This document shows, piece by piece, positions 45,584 through 55,305 of a stretch of 64,000 nucleotides of DNA; position 1 is the first letter of the stretch; the number at the start of each line of letters is the position of its first letter. Made by a program: the position numbers and the translations under genes. Source of the stretch: a virus (taxonomy: Duplodnaviria; Caudoviricetes); the IMG/VR virus record IMGVR_UViG_3300037440_000558, positions 1 to 64,000 of that record; one strand, given 5' to 3'. The notes beneath the pieces are model-generated. The model was given only the letters and a program-made list of their open reading frames with translations, ran no database searches and had not been told where the DNA came from.

Positions 45584-46319
45584 CCCACTGAGCTTCCTCG
45601 AAGACATCGCGGGGTTTGCCCAGGCACAACAACGGCAACCCGACATGCGGCCCCACCATCTGAGACTGGCTACTGTCGACCCGACCTACGACGCAGACAG
45701 TTTCCCGGAGACGCTGCCGAAAGTGATCTTCGACGGAGAGTCGACACTGTCCGGCAGGTTCTACCCGGTAATATCACCGTACTGGCCGCGGGCATCAGAC
45801 CGGGTAGTGATGGCCACCTCAGGGCACACATACGTGATAATCGGCACTTTGGAAAACGACGCAAACGGATATTTCGGTGGAAACCTGAACGTAGCCGGGC
45901 GGATACCCGGGCAGGAGATCGCGCAGACCGAGCTGGTAGCCGACAGCTCCAACTTCACCACCACCGAGACGACGGTCATCTCGGTGACCGCGCCGGTGGT
46001 GGCCGGCCGGACCTACAAGATCGTGTTCTCGGGTCACGGGAGTTCTGATGTTGGGACCGATGTGATCGTGTTCCGACTGCGGGACACCAACGCCACGGGC
46101 ACCGAACGGCAGTCGGATATCTGCGAAGTGAACGGGTCGACCACCCTGGGCAAGTCCAGCTACATGGAGCGGTCGCTGCCGGTGACAGTCACCGAGGACC
46201 GAACCTGGGTGGTCGCCGGGGTACGGACCGCCGTTAGCAGCGGCAACTGCCGCTTGGAGGCGGCGGGCATCCGTCCCGCGTACCTGCGGGTCATCTACGA
46301 GGGTGTGACCGCCACTTAG
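45576..46319 (+). CDS. minor tail / fibre protein
   Basis: LATVD..Y...PKVIFDGE..LS..YPVI..Y.P..DRV pattern. Confidence 0.65.
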   Translation: MVSPLSFLEDIAGFAQAQQRQPDMRPHHLRLATVDPTYDADSFPETLPKVIFDGESTLSGRFYPVISPYWPRASDRVVMATSGHTYVIIGTLENDANGYFGGNLNVAGRIPGQEIAQTELVADSSNFTTTETTVISVTAPVVAGRTYKIVFSGHGSSDVGTDVIVFRLRDTNATGTERQSDICEVNGSTTLGKSSYMERSLPVTVTEDRTWVVAGVRTAVSSGNCRLEAAGIRPAYLRVIYEGVTAT

Positions 46320-46362
46320 AATCTCCAACCGATCATCGAAGTAAACGGCCAGGCAGGAGACA

Positions 46363-46632
46363 ATGGACGAAGTCGTCACCGCGATCGCCGGTTGGGTCGC
46401 GCAGGGGGGGCCACTGGCACCGCCCAACCTGTGGTCGCTGCTGATCCAGGCCGGTATTGTTAGCGCGGTCACCGGTGTGTTCACCCTGTTGCATCGGTCG
46501 GTGGTGGCCGCCTACCGGGAGATGGTGGTGCTCAACAAAGAAATCGCAGCCACAGAACGTGCCCGTGCGGACACTGCCAACGAGCAGCTGTTCCGGCTGA
46601 TGACACCGATTCAGAAAGTTGACACGCTATGA
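46363..46632 (+). CDS. lysis-cassette membrane protein
   Basis: TM helix followed by coiled coil; SD CAGGAG. Confidence 0.6.
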   Translation: MDEVVTAIAGWVAQGGPLAPPNLWSLLIQAGIVSAVTGVFTLLHRSVVAAYREMVVLNKEIAATERARADTANEQLFRLMTPIQKVDTL

Positions 46633-46799
46633 ACCCGCTGTTCTGGCGTAGACGGCCAGCCGAAGCAGCAGAGGCCGAACAAGAGCTTGGGCGGGCCAAA
46701 GAACGGCTTGAGAGTCAGCGCCGGCGTTGGCCGCAGGTGCGCCGAGCCGAGGCCAGTCTAGACCGGTTGATACGCCGTGCAGCTCGGGGCGGTATTTAA
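46629..46799 (+). CDS. small helical protein (56 aa)
   Basis: ATGA and TAATG coupling; MNPLFWRRRPAEAAEAE... Confidence 0.55.
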   Translation: MNPLFWRRRPAEAAEAEQELGRAKERLESQRRRWPQVRRAEASLDRLIRRAARGGI

Positions 46800-47134
46800 T
46801 GCTCTGGTTTGTCATTGGGCTGCTGGTGCTCCTGGTGGTGCAGTGGGTCGTGTTCACAATGTTGGTGTCGTTCGTGGTTGTTGCTGACCCGGCCACCGGC
46901 CGCCGCCGGGTTCGGTTGGTACGGTGGTGGAAATCCAAACAGAGCAGACAGCTTGGAATGATGGCCATCCTGAGCATCCTCGAACCGGCGTCGTTGATTG
47001 CTCTGGGGACTGGCCACTCCCCGCCGCTGTGGGTGTTTGCTGTCCTGTATGGGTCGATCAACGGTTTGACAGCCCGGTGGATGTGGCTGGTCTGGGACAC
47101 CAGATACAACGGTGGCCGGCACGCACGGGAGTAG
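46799..47134 (+). CDS. putative holin-like membrane protein
   Basis: Three hydrophobic helices. Confidence 0.55.
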   Translation: MLWFVIGLLVLLVVQWVVFTMLVSFVVVADPATGRRRVRLVRWWKSKQSRQLGMMAILSILEPASLIALGTGHSPPLWVFAVLYGSINGLTARWMWLVWDTRYNGGRHARE

Positions 47135-47176
47135 CCTGCCGGCCGGTCCGGTTTGGCTCCCCGCCGCTTCGGACTG

Positions 47177-48172
47177 TCAGGTGCGGGTGTCGGCACCCCC
47201 AACAGACCCAGACGCCCCCGTGGGCTCCCGGGGCCGTCCCCGGGGGTCCAGCTTGTACGACTTCCGGACTTCACCATGGTCAGCCGACCCGCGGGCATAT
47301 GCCGGTATCCAGTATCGGCCTTCCAGTTTCCCGAACAGCTTTCCCTTCCCGTACCGTGGCCCGTATTCAGCGAAATGCCCCCGCACCGAGGCCAACGGCA
47401 CCCCTGGCTGCACCGGTTCGCCTTTGGTGTGGCTGCGACGCCCGACCGGGCGGACTACCAATATGTGTACCTGGACACCGAGCCGCTGCAGCCGGCGGCG
47501 GGCCGGCCGGGGCCGGGCCGGTTCTACCGCGTCGACGTTACTGCAGTTCAGGAAGTTCAACCCTGCGGACAGCACCGCTTGGGATGCGTCCCAAGTGTGG
47601 GGGTCGACATCGGACAGTAGTTGCACCCAGTGTAGGTCAAGCGGTTCGCCGTTGTCGGCGATCACCGCCTGGAATAGGTGGGCGGGGCCGGTGGTGGGCA
47701 GGTCGGGTGCGCCGGGGGGGAGCTCGGCGTGTCGGCCCCCCACCCAGATGAAACTGTCTGTGATCCATTTGGCGCGGTCCCAGTCGATCGGGTTGGTGGT
47801 TTCCCATCTGCCGACTGTGATACCCAGTTGGGGGTCGATTATGTCGATCCGGTCGGCGGTTCGGTCGATCGGAACCCGGGTGGTCTGCAATAGAGACACG
47901 TTGCCGTGGCGGTTGACATACCCGAACCAGGCGTGTTCCCACGGCGGGGTGATACAGGGGAACGATTCGTACAGTCCGATGTTGTCGCCGCGGTTGACCC
48001 GTTCGAACAGGTCTTGGTAGACCGGGGTGATGTCGACGACGGTCTCCGATTGGAGTGCCCGCATCTGGGCGACCAACCGGACCCGTTCGTCCATGTTGCT
48101 ATCGGGCCACCGGAACCGGCGTTTGCGGATGTCATCCAGCACCCTGGCGATAGCTTCGGCGGAGTCAACCAT
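47177..48172 (-). CDS. conserved phage hypothetical protein
   Basis: SD GGAGAG before ATG 48172; C-terminal VRGHF..YG motif. Confidence 0.65.
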   Translation of the reverse strand: MVDSAEAIARVLDDIRKRRFRWPDSNMDERVRLVAQMRALQSETVVDITPVYQDLFERVNRGDNIGLYESFPCITPPWEHAWFGYVNRHGNVSLLQTTRVPIDRTADRIDIIDPQLGITVGRWETTNPIDWDRAKWITDSFIWVGGRHAELPPGAPDLPTTGPAHLFQAVIADNGEPLDLHWVQLLSDVDPHTWDASQAVLSAGLNFLNCSNVDAVEPARPRPARRRLQRLGVQVHILVVRPVGRRSHTKGEPVQPGVPLASVRGHFAEYGPRYGKGKLFGKLEGRYWIPAYARGSADHGEVRKSYKLDPRGRPREPTGASGSVGGADTRT

Positions 48173-48309
48173 TATTCTCTCCGGCAGTCTCAGATTCGTG
48201 CATGGTCTCCCGGTACCGCCGCCAGCACCGGATATGCCGGTGGCCATCGAACCGCACAAATCTCTGCCATGGCCAGATACGACGGTGACAGCCGACACAT
48301 GCGGCACCA

Positions 48310-48591
48310 GTGGCTAGCGACACCGTAACTCCCTTCGATTGGCCCTCTCACCTGAAGTCCTCAGCGTGGTCAGCTTGTACGGGCGGCGGCATTCATCGGA
48401 CGGCATTCCGTGCGCAAGTGGAGCCGGGCATCGTCGGCGGCTTCACCGAGGGTGGTGTGCCCCTGCCCGGCAGCACCCGGGAGGGGACTGCCCGGCCCTG
48501 CGCACCGCCAACAGACCCAACACCAGCCGCGGTAGAACCAGACCCGGATCGGGTTGGCCATGGTTGCCCCCTGAAATATGCGTCGATCTGA
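48310..48591 (-). CDS. hypothetical protein
   Basis: In the leftward gene chain. Confidence 0.35.
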
Positions 48592-48676
48592 CGGTTGAGC
48601 CGGTCGGCCCGAGCGATCAGCTGGCCCATCCGGCGGAACAGCCGTTCCAGCTCGGGGTCGGCAACCCGGGCGGCCA

Positions 48677-49060
48677 TCAGGGTATCTCTGGTTGCTCGGT
48701 GGACAGCCACACGGCTGTAGCGAGTAGCGATTGCCAGCTCATCCGGTTGCCGGTGCGAACATTCAACCACCAGCCGGCCCGGGTAGTATCGCGATCCCAG
48801 CGTGCACCGTGACTGCTCCAGACGGTGGTGACCTCCGGCCCGGGCTCCAACGGAAGCGCCCACACAGTGGTCGGGGCCGCGTCCAGCTCGTCGGCCCAGG
48901 CGAGCAACCGGTCCAGCGTATAACGCTTCTGTTGGCTGGCGGCTTTGGTTTGCGGCGTGTTCCACTGGCCGGTCGGGTCGGCCCATGCGGTCGACGGTTC
49001 CAGTCGATGGGTGGCCCAGCGCAGCGCTCCGGCCGGTGTAGTCGGCGGGTCGGTGGTCAC
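48677..49060 (-). CDS. hypothetical protein
   Basis: GTGA coupling with the SLOG gene; SD GGAGAG. Confidence 0.5.
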   Translation of the reverse strand: MTTDPPTTPAGALRWATHRLEPSTAWADPTGQWNTPQTKAASQQKRYTLDRLLAWADELDAAPTTVWALPLEPGPEVTTVWSSHGARWDRDTTRAGWWLNVRTGNRMSWQSLLATAVWLSTEQPEIP

Positions 49061-49563
49061 AGTGGCTCTCCTCGATACTTGAACCCGGGGGACAGCCTCG
49101 GCCGGAACAACGGGAACACCTGGCATGGGATACCATACGACGCGGCGTACATCAGACAGTTCCAAGTGCCGGACCGGTAATTCACCCCGGGACCGGGGAA
49201 CCCCAGGCAGATGTCCCCGCCCTTGGCGCACATCCGATCGTTGCGGGCCGGGCCGAGTATCTGCCCGTTGCGCTCCTCGGCGGGGTTCTCGTCGATCTCC
49301 CAACCCCACGCGCGGCCGATGGTGTCGGCGATCAGATCGGCACCGCCGTATTTACACCGGCCATGGCGCAACAGGACATTGATACCGTATTCCGCGCGGA
49401 TGGGGGCGAGCGCGTCGATGATGACCAGCCCGTGGGTGTTCTGGATGGCGTCGCGCCAGCCGGTCATGATAACGGTGTACTTGTCCGGCTGTGAGTGGGT
49501 GGCGATGACCGCGCCGGGCCAAGGCCGTTGCAGGGTGGGGGTGGCCATCCGCGTCACCACCAA
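49057..49563 (-). CDS. SLOG-family protein (DUF2493/YspA-like)
   Basis: VIMTGWRD, HG.CKYGGAD.IA, GPARN..M, GFP....SGT..C. Confidence 0.8.
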   Translation of the reverse strand: MVVTRMATPTLQRPWPGAVIATHSQPDKYTVIMTGWRDAIQNTHGLVIIDALAPIRAEYGINVLLRHGRCKYGGADLIADTIGRAWGWEIDENPAEERNGQILGPARNDRMCAKGGDICLGFPGPGVNYRSGTWNCLMYAASYGIPCQVFPLFRPRLSPGFKYRGEPL

Positions 49564-49694
49564 CCGGGAGGTATCCGGGACAGTTCACGACGCCGGTACC
49601 ACCGTTGGATCTTGGCGATGACGGCTGCCCGTCGAACTGCCCGTTGCAGGTCGCCGGTCATTGACACTACCATAGGGGGGTCCCTTCCGGGGGG

Positions 49695-49731
49695 GGGTCC
49701 CGTCCCCGGGGGGGAGCCGGGGACGGGACCC
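49695..49731 (-). terminator. 15-bp hairpin downstream of the surface-protein gene
   Basis: GGGTCCCGTCCCCGG/CCGGGGACGGGACCC; no U-tract. Confidence 0.55.
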
Positions 49732-49757
49732 GTAGCAACAGCAGTTGAACCCTGGTG

Positions 49758-50714
49758 TTACCCAGCGGTGAAGGTTACCCGCCGAACGCGGTTCAGCCCG
49801 TATGCCAACCCGCCGAACAGTAACAATAACGCGGCGCCGATGGCCAGCAGTCCCGGGTTGGCGATGCCGCTGCTGGTCTTCGGCAGCTCACCGCCGCTAC
49901 CGGTCGCGACGCTGCTGATCCCATCGTCTCCGTCGGTGCCGTCCTGTCCATCGGCACCCGGGTTCCCGGGCAGCCCCGGGGTTCCCGGGCAGCCGTTGAT
50001 CGCGCCGAGCGTGAACGTCCATTCCGGCTTGAACTCCGGCGGGAACGCGTAACCCGGCTCCGGTTCGGCTGTCACGGTGTACGTGCCCGGTGCCAGTTCA
50101 TGGGTGCCGGCCTCGATCGGCTCGCCGTCAAGCAGGTACTGCACACCTTCGGTGTCCGGGATCTCGATCGTGCCGGCGACGGTCGGCGCGGTCGCAGCGG
50201 CGCATTCCAACTGGTTGCTGGTCGGCTCCCCTGGGGTCACGCATCCGTCCCGCCTGGCGTACCGCCACGGCTTGAACAACTCCAGCGGTGCGGCCAACAG
50301 CGAGTCGGCGGTCAGGGCGTCGTAACTCCCCGGCCCGTCGGCGCTCTTGATCCAGTCGTCCAGCCCTTGCCAGCCGCCGGTCGGCAGGTGGTTGTCGCTC
50401 TCACCGCCGCCGAACACCCGGTAGCGGATCGTCGTCGGCCCGGCCTCCGGGTTGAGGCTGATCGTGCCCTCCCCCGTGATCAGCTTGAGAACGTGCAGCT
50501 CCGTACCGTCGTGGACGACCAGCCACGGCGCCCACTTCTCTGGCACGACCTGGAAGCCGTACGCCACGACCACGGCAGGCGCACACGGGTCATCGCCCCT
50601 GAACTTGACGGCCGGGTCGACAACAGCCTGCGCCGGGCCGGCGGCCAACGCCAACCCCACCAACGACAGCACCAGCGCCAACACCACGGCGCCAATCTTC
50701 TTCGGATATGTCAT
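49758..50714 (-). CDS. sortase-anchored (LPxTG-type) surface protein with short collagen-like tract
   Basis: Signal peptide ending AQA; GTPGLPGNPGADGQDGTDGDDG; LPKTS + TM helix + RVRR. Confidence 0.8.
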   Translation of the reverse strand: MTYPKKIGAVVLALVLSLVGLALAAGPAQAVVDPAVKFRGDDPCAPAVVVAYGFQVVPEKWAPWLVVHDGTELHVLKLITGEGTISLNPEAGPTTIRYRVFGGGESDNHLPTGGWQGLDDWIKSADGPGSYDALTADSLLAAPLELFKPWRYARRDGCVTPGEPTSNQLECAAATAPTVAGTIEIPDTEGVQYLLDGEPIEAGTHELAPGTYTVTAEPEPGYAFPPEFKPEWTFTLGAINGCPGTPGLPGNPGADGQDGTDGDDGISSVATGSGGELPKTSSGIANPGLLAIGAALLLLFGGLAYGLNRVRRVTFTAG

Positions 50715-50767
50715 CCGTTTACTCCATCCTTCCATTCCATCCCGCCACGCAGAGGAGGCGGGGGGTC

Positions 50768-51388
50768 TTAGGGGATCTTCCAGAACGCCAACGACCGAGA
50801 CGACCCCGGAGCATACACCAACTCAAGTCCCCCATCGGGGACATCGAACACCAGGTCCGCAGTGACCCGCTCCCCCGGGTTCAACTCGGTGTGGTTCAGC
50901 GTATCGTCGACCGCCCACAACGAAGTACCACCAGCGAACTCGTACCGCCGGCCGTCCCCATCGCGGGTATAGAAGTCGTACGGGTTCACCGAGTACAGGT
51001 CCTCGCCGGTGGCGACCACCTCGATGGTGACCAACAGGAACCCGTCGTTGTCCGGCGGGTCGCCGTATTCGGTCCGCGGGCTGTCGAACCGCTCAGCTGA
51101 CAGTAAAGTCAATTCGCCGACTTCGTTGTCAGCTTCGGCGTAAGTCCCGGTGTCGCCGACCTTCATCGAGGTCGGCCCGTCCGGGGTCCGCTTCTGGGTG
51201 GGAGTGGCGCCGGGTGGCTGCCGGTCCACCGCGGTCACCGTGGGGTCGTCCCCGGCCAGAATGAATATGGCGGCGACACCACCACCGAGACAGCACAACG
51301 CGAAGACGACAGCCACGCCCGCGATCAGCCACACTGGTGCGGTGAGCCGGCTCTTCGGGGGGGTTTGCAGGGGGGTCTGGGGGTTCAT
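50768..51388 (-). CDS. DUF4352/MPT63-like membrane-anchored protein
   Basis: TM helix with LCC; VNPYDF...DGDGRRY...LNPGERVTA.LVFDVP. Confidence 0.75.
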   Translation of the reverse strand: MNPQTPLQTPPKSRLTAPVWLIAGVAVVFALCCLGGGVAAIFILAGDDPTVTAVDRQPPGATPTQKRTPDGPTSMKVGDTGTYAEADNEVGELTLLSAERFDSPRTEYGDPPDNDGFLLVTIEVVATGEDLYSVNPYDFYTRDGDGRRYEFAGGTSLWAVDDTLNHTELNPGERVTADLVFDVPDGGLELVYAPGSSRSLAFWKIP

Positions 51389-51645
51389 TGGGGGACTCCT
51401 GTCATTTGGTCGATCTTGATGGCGGCGGTGCGCAGCTCCGTGGCTGCTTCTCGGTAGGCCAACGCACGGGCTGTCCACGCCACCTGGGCGGGGCAGTCCT
51501 TGCCGTCTTTGCAGTAGGTGTGGTGACGTGCATGTGCCGTCGCGTATTGGTCAGCGTCGTCGAACACCCGGGCGACGGCGCGTAGGGTGCGAGAGTCCAA
51601 CAACGGACCATCAGACGGCAGCGGCAGTTTCATGGGAGTGCCCAC
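51385..51645 (-). CDS. hypothetical protein
   Basis: Coupled leftward chain. Confidence 0.5.
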   Translation of the reverse strand: MGTPMKLPLPSDGPLLDSRTLRAVARVFDDADQYATAHARHHTYCKDGKDCPAQVAWTARALAYREAATELRTAAIKIDQMTGVPQ

Positions 51646-52094
51646 CCGAGTTTCGGGGTAGTCTGGAACGGCCGACCCAGCCGTTGGCTAGCCCAAACTT
51701 CGAACGCGGCCCGGCTCTGGTATGGTTTCGGGGTCCACCGCGGGCCGACTGCATCAGCGACCAGCCGGGCACGGAACGACACGTGGACAACGCTGGCCAG
51801 CCACGCCAGTGACGGTGGAACCTCGGAGAAGTCGTGGCGTGGGATGTGCCCGGTATCGGTGGCCAGTACCGCAACAGGGTTGACGCAACCGGCACAATGC
51901 CGTCGGGTGCAGATGATGCAGTCGCGTAGCTGCTCGACTGGGTCCACAGATCGTAGTGCATCTGTGACGTCCACCGATGGGGCGTTGGGGGTGCGCGGCC
52001 AGATGCTGTAGATGACCCACATCGTGGCCAGACTGAGGATTATCGCGGTCCAGCAGATCACAAACACGGTTGGGTCAGTGTCGGCGGCGTTCAT
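51630..52094 (-). CDS. membrane-anchored hypothetical protein
   Basis: TM helix then CIICTRRHCAGC. Confidence 0.5.
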   Translation of the reverse strand: MNAADTDPTVFVICWTAIILSLATMWVIYSIWPRTPNAPSVDVTDALRSVDPVEQLRDCIICTRRHCAGCVNPVAVLATDTGHIPRHDFSEVPPSLAWLASVVHVSFRARLVADAVGPRWTPKPYQSRAAFEVWASQRLGRPFQTTPKLGWALP

Positions 52095-52408
52095 CCTACT
52101 CCCGTCCGGAATGGAGCGGTGGCACGTTGGTGTTGGGTGTCTGCGAATTCGCGGCATATTTGGTCGTATCCGGGCATCCTCATGATCAGTGTGGTCTGCC
52201 CGGTCCGTTGGGTGTTGTCTTCGACCTGTTCGACTGGCCGGCGAGTCCGGGACAGCCGGCGGTTGACCTGCTCCGCGACCAGGGCGCGTTGTTTCCAGTA
52301 GCTGGTCTGCTCGCGGCAGCACAAGATGACGACCCCCAGGATGGCCAAAGTGGATATGCCCCAGCCGCCGATGCCGAGCAACACGGGGTTCATGAGTGAC
52401 AGGTCCAT
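52091..52408 (-). CDS. membrane-anchored hypothetical protein
   Basis: N-terminal TM helix. Confidence 0.5.
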   Translation of the reverse strand: MDLSLMNPVLLGIGGWGISTLAILGVVILCCREQTSYWKQRALVAEQVNRRLSRTRRPVEQVEDNTQRTGQTTLIMRMPGYDQICREFADTQHQRATAPFRTGVG

Positions 52409-52659
52409 TAGTGGCTACCTTCTGGGTGTTGATTGGGGATGATCTGGCATTGGAGTTTGGCATCTAGGGCTTCGGTGATCCGGGTAAGGGTGGACAGTAG
52501 GGGGGTGACGTGGCCGCCTTCAATCCGGGAGATGTGGGCGTGGCTGATACCGGTGAGTTCGGCAAGGGTGCGTTGGCCGATGCCGAGATCGCGGCGGCGT
52601 TGGCGGAGTTGGGTGACCAGGTCGTCGACGATGGGGTTGCCGGTGGTGTTGCTGGTCAT
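52408..52659 (-). CDS. XRE-family HTH transcriptional regulator
   Basis: LRQRRRDLGIGQRTLAELTGISHAHISRIEGGHVTP.LSTL.RI..AL. Confidence 0.9.
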   Translation of the reverse strand: MTSNTTGNPIVDDLVTQLRQRRRDLGIGQRTLAELTGISHAHISRIEGGHVTPLLSTLTRITEALDAKLQCQIIPNQHPEGSH

Positions 52660-52859
52660 GGTCGGTACCAGCCGGCATCGCGCATCCATTGGATAGCTCC
52701 GGCGCGAGTGTCTTCGTCCATGCGGGTCAGCCCGTTGAGCACCAGCGATAGGAGCTCTGCATATCCTTTGGGGAGTTGGTCGACGACGGTGGCGAGTCGT
52801 TCGTAGGTTTCTTTCCGCCGCGAGCCGCTGGGTTCGACCGACTGGTCTGGTTGGGGCAT
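52656..52859 (-). CDS. hypothetical protein
   Basis: SD AAGGAG; ATGA-coupled to the XRE gene. Confidence 0.55.
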   Translation of the reverse strand: MPQPDQSVEPSGSRRKETYERLATVVDQLPKGYAELLSLVLNGLTRMDEDTRAGAIQWMRDAGWYRP

Positions 52860-53200
52860 CTCCGATCTCCTTGCTGAGGGAGGGGTTCTAGCAGCTGGCC
52901 CCCTTGGGGGGTTGATACCGGTTGGGGGGCCAGCGCTACCCCCGAGTAAAACACATGGACGGGGGGACTGTCAACTAGTGTGTCAGCAACCGGTTGATGA
53001 TGATGCGTCCACGGAGGGTGCGATTGCGGAAAGACGCCTGTGCCTTGGCGATGACGACGGCGCGTAGGACGGAGCGTTCGAAGTCGTTGGCGACATACTT
53101 CGGGAGGGGCGGGGTGGTGCGACGGCGGCGTCTGGGCACGGGCCATTCTATCACCTGGGGTTGGTGTGGCCAATGCCACACAGGGGTGCTGCCAGGGAGG

Positions 53201-53229
53201 TTGCCACGTCCTGGCGCACATGTTATGCT
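53201..53229 (+). promoter_or_regulatory. sigma70 promoter of the rightward operon
   Basis: TTGCCA-N17-TATGCT. Confidence 0.6.
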
Positions 53230-53275
53230 GGAGTTAAGCGGGGCCACCGGCCCCCGAACCCCCAGGAGGCATCAG

Positions 53276-53548
53276 ATGGCCAGGACAGCCCGCCGCCGCC
53301 GCCCAGCCGCCAAGATCCGCTGCGAAGAGACCGACCGGTACGGTTGCCCCGGTGGCCCGGCCGGCGACGAGTTCGCCCCGGTCGTTTACGTCCGCTGCCG
53401 CCGCCCGGCCACCCACTTGGCCAAGTCCGAGAACCCCTGGCCGGCCCCCGGCGAACCGGCCACGCTACAAACAGAGCTGTGCGAGCACCACGCAGCCCAG
53501 GCCGCCGGCTACGACTTCGAGCGAGTTTACCGGTTCCGGAAGGTCTGA
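53276..53548 (+). CDS. hypothetical protein
   Basis: SD CAGGAGG. Confidence 0.6.
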   Translation: MARTARRRRPAAKIRCEETDRYGCPGGPAGDEFAPVVYVRCRRPATHLAKSENPWPAPGEPATLQTELCEHHAAQAAGYDFERVYRFRKV

Positions 53549-53549
53549 C

Positions 53550-53735
53550 ATGATGAACGTCCAGCTCCACAAAGGCGGCAGGACCCACCAGCCACACCCC
53601 AATGGGCGCAAACTCCCCGCCTGTGCCAGAGGTGCCTACCAAGCCGGCGTGATGACCGTTCAGAACGAACGGCGCTATCGCTGGGTTACCACCCCAGTCA
53701 CCTGCATCAACACCCACTGTGGAGGTCCGAAATGA
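53550..53735 (+). CDS. hypothetical protein
   Basis: In the gene chain; HQPH...PAC...VTCINTHC. Confidence 0.5.
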   Translation: MMNVQLHKGGRTHQPHPNGRKLPACARGAYQAGVMTVQNERRYRWVTTPVTCINTHCGGPK

Positions 53736-53968
53736 CCATCGACGAAATGATCGAAACCCTCGAAGACGCCCGCGATGAACACGGCGGCCACCAGACTATC
53801 CTGATCGCCCACCAGCCGCACTGGCCGTTCGAACCGTTCGAGTACGAGACCGCCCAGGTGGGCGTGACTCTCGACGGAACGGTGTACATCGCCGAAGGTG
53901 AACAGCTCGGCTGCCTGCAACACGATGGCGCTGTGGCAATCGGGTGGGCCGCGAAAGAGTGGATCTGA
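53732..53968 (+). CDS. hypothetical protein
   Basis: MTIDEMIETLED...VYIAEG.QLG common phage pattern. Confidence 0.65.
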   Translation: MTIDEMIETLEDARDEHGGHQTILIAHQPHWPFEPFEYETAQVGVTLDGTVYIAEGEQLGCLQHDGAVAIGWAAKEWI

Positions 53969-54032
53969 CCAGTCGGATGGGGACCAGCCCCCCGCTGGCC
54001 CCACGTCCGACCGGCCAAACCCAGGAGGAATC

Positions 54033-54236
54033 GTGACGACTTATGGCATCCCCGACCCGCCCGCTGCCTCCGATGTGGTGCTGCGTGGCACGGATGGCAG
54101 CCGGTGGCAGTTGGCCACTCAATATGGGCTGGACATGTGGGTGCAGCTAGATGTCGAGCCGGGTGTGATCGCGGTTCGGTCCTGGTCGCGGTTGGTGTTC
54201 GAGCGGGGCGCGTTGACCGAGGAAAGGATGCTTTGA
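54033..54236 (+). CDS. hypothetical protein
   Basis: SD CAGGAGG. Confidence 0.55.
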   Translation: MTTYGIPDPPAASDVVLRGTDGSRWQLATQYGLDMWVQLDVEPGVIAVRSWSRLVFERGALTEERML

Positions 54237-54754
54237 TGGGCTGGGTCTACAACGACGGTGGCCGGACTGCCGCCGGCTACCGCGGCTATTCGGCCAGTGA
54301 CTGTGCCTGCCGGTCGATCGCGATCGTCACCGGCTTGCCCTACCAGCAGGTGTATGACCAACTGAACGTGCAGGCGACCCGGGAACGACCCGGGCCGGGC
54401 CGCCGTCGGTCGAGCTCCCGGACTGGTGTCAAAACCCGGACGATCCGCCGATACCTGGCCGAGCTGGATTACGAGTGGACACCGACGATGCAGATCGGTG
54501 CGGGCTGTACTGTGCATCTGCGGGCGGACGAGTTGCCGGAAGGCCGGCTGATTGTCTCGGTGAGTAAGCACATCACGGCCGTGATCGACGGTGTGATCCA
54601 CGACAACCATGACCCGTCCCGGGACGGGACCCGTTGTGTCTATGGTTACTGGAGGAGGCGTTGCGGCATATGGCTGAGCATGCTGCGGTGCGAGATGTGC
54701 GGTCAGGGTTACGACCCGACCACTGGTGATCTGGTCGACAGAATCGCCCAGTAG
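54236..54754 (+). CDS. conserved phage hypothetical protein (DC..R.IAI.TG.PY family)
   Basis: YNDGGR..AG...DCACRSIAI, H.TAVIDGVIHD..D. Confidence 0.7.
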   Translation: MGWVYNDGGRTAAGYRGYSASDCACRSIAIVTGLPYQQVYDQLNVQATRERPGPGRRRSSSRTGVKTRTIRRYLAELDYEWTPTMQIGAGCTVHLRADELPEGRLIVSVSKHITAVIDGVIHDNHDPSRDGTRCVYGYWRRRCGIWLSMLRCEMCGQGYDPTTGDLVDRIAQ

Positions 54755-54792
54755 TGTGTGACCAAAGTCATACAACGGCACTGCCACCCGAC

Positions 54793-54821
54793 TTGCCAGG
54801 GACGCAGCAGGGGGGTAGACT
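54793..54821 (+). promoter_or_regulatory. sigma70 promoter
   Basis: TTGCCA-N17-TAGACT. Confidence 0.6.
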
Positions 54822-54867
54822 TGGACGTAGAAGGGGCGCCCCGCCCCGGACCCCCAGAGGAGGAACC

Positions 54868-55305
54868 GTGAACCTCAACCAGGCAATCCGGACCGTGTTC
54901 ATCGACCAGACCAACGGCTGGGCCGGAGACACCAACCCCACCCCCCGCGAGGCCATCGACCACGCCCGGAACGTCCTGTCCGTGGATTCGCTGCTGGACA
55001 TCGGCGACGGCAACTACGGCGCCTACCGGCTGGTCCTAGAGGCCAGCGACGAGGCGATCGAGGCCGCGTTGAACGCCCTCGATGCTGCCCCCGACGACGG
55101 CCGGACCCCGAAGCAGATCAAGATCGAGGACGCGCAGAGCTGGCGCGAAGACGACGTTCTGATCGGGTTCACCCGGGTCTATGACTCGAAGAAGTCCGAG
55201 ACCGAGACCGTGGCGCTCACCCTGGACGAGCTGCAGGAGCTGATCATCCAAGCCCACGCGATTTTGATGGCCAAGCGTGGCGAGTGCATCACCAGCCGCA
55301 GCTGA
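54868..55305 (+). CDS. hypothetical protein (C-terminal domain paralogous to the next gene)
   Basis: SD GAGGAGG; VALTLDELQELII.A.A.LMAKRG. Confidence 0.65.
   Translation: MNLNQAIRTVFIDQTNGWAGDTNPTPREAIDHARNVLSVDSLLDIGDGNYGAYRLVLEASDEAIEAALNALDAAPDDGRTPKQIKIEDAQSWREDDVLIGFTRVYDSKKSETETVALTLDELQELIIQAHAILMAKRGECITSRS

Noticed and set aside
47135-53200. Integration or attachment site and lysogeny module
   Set aside because: Only an XRE regulator is present; no integrase, excisionase or att-like duplication is recognisable.
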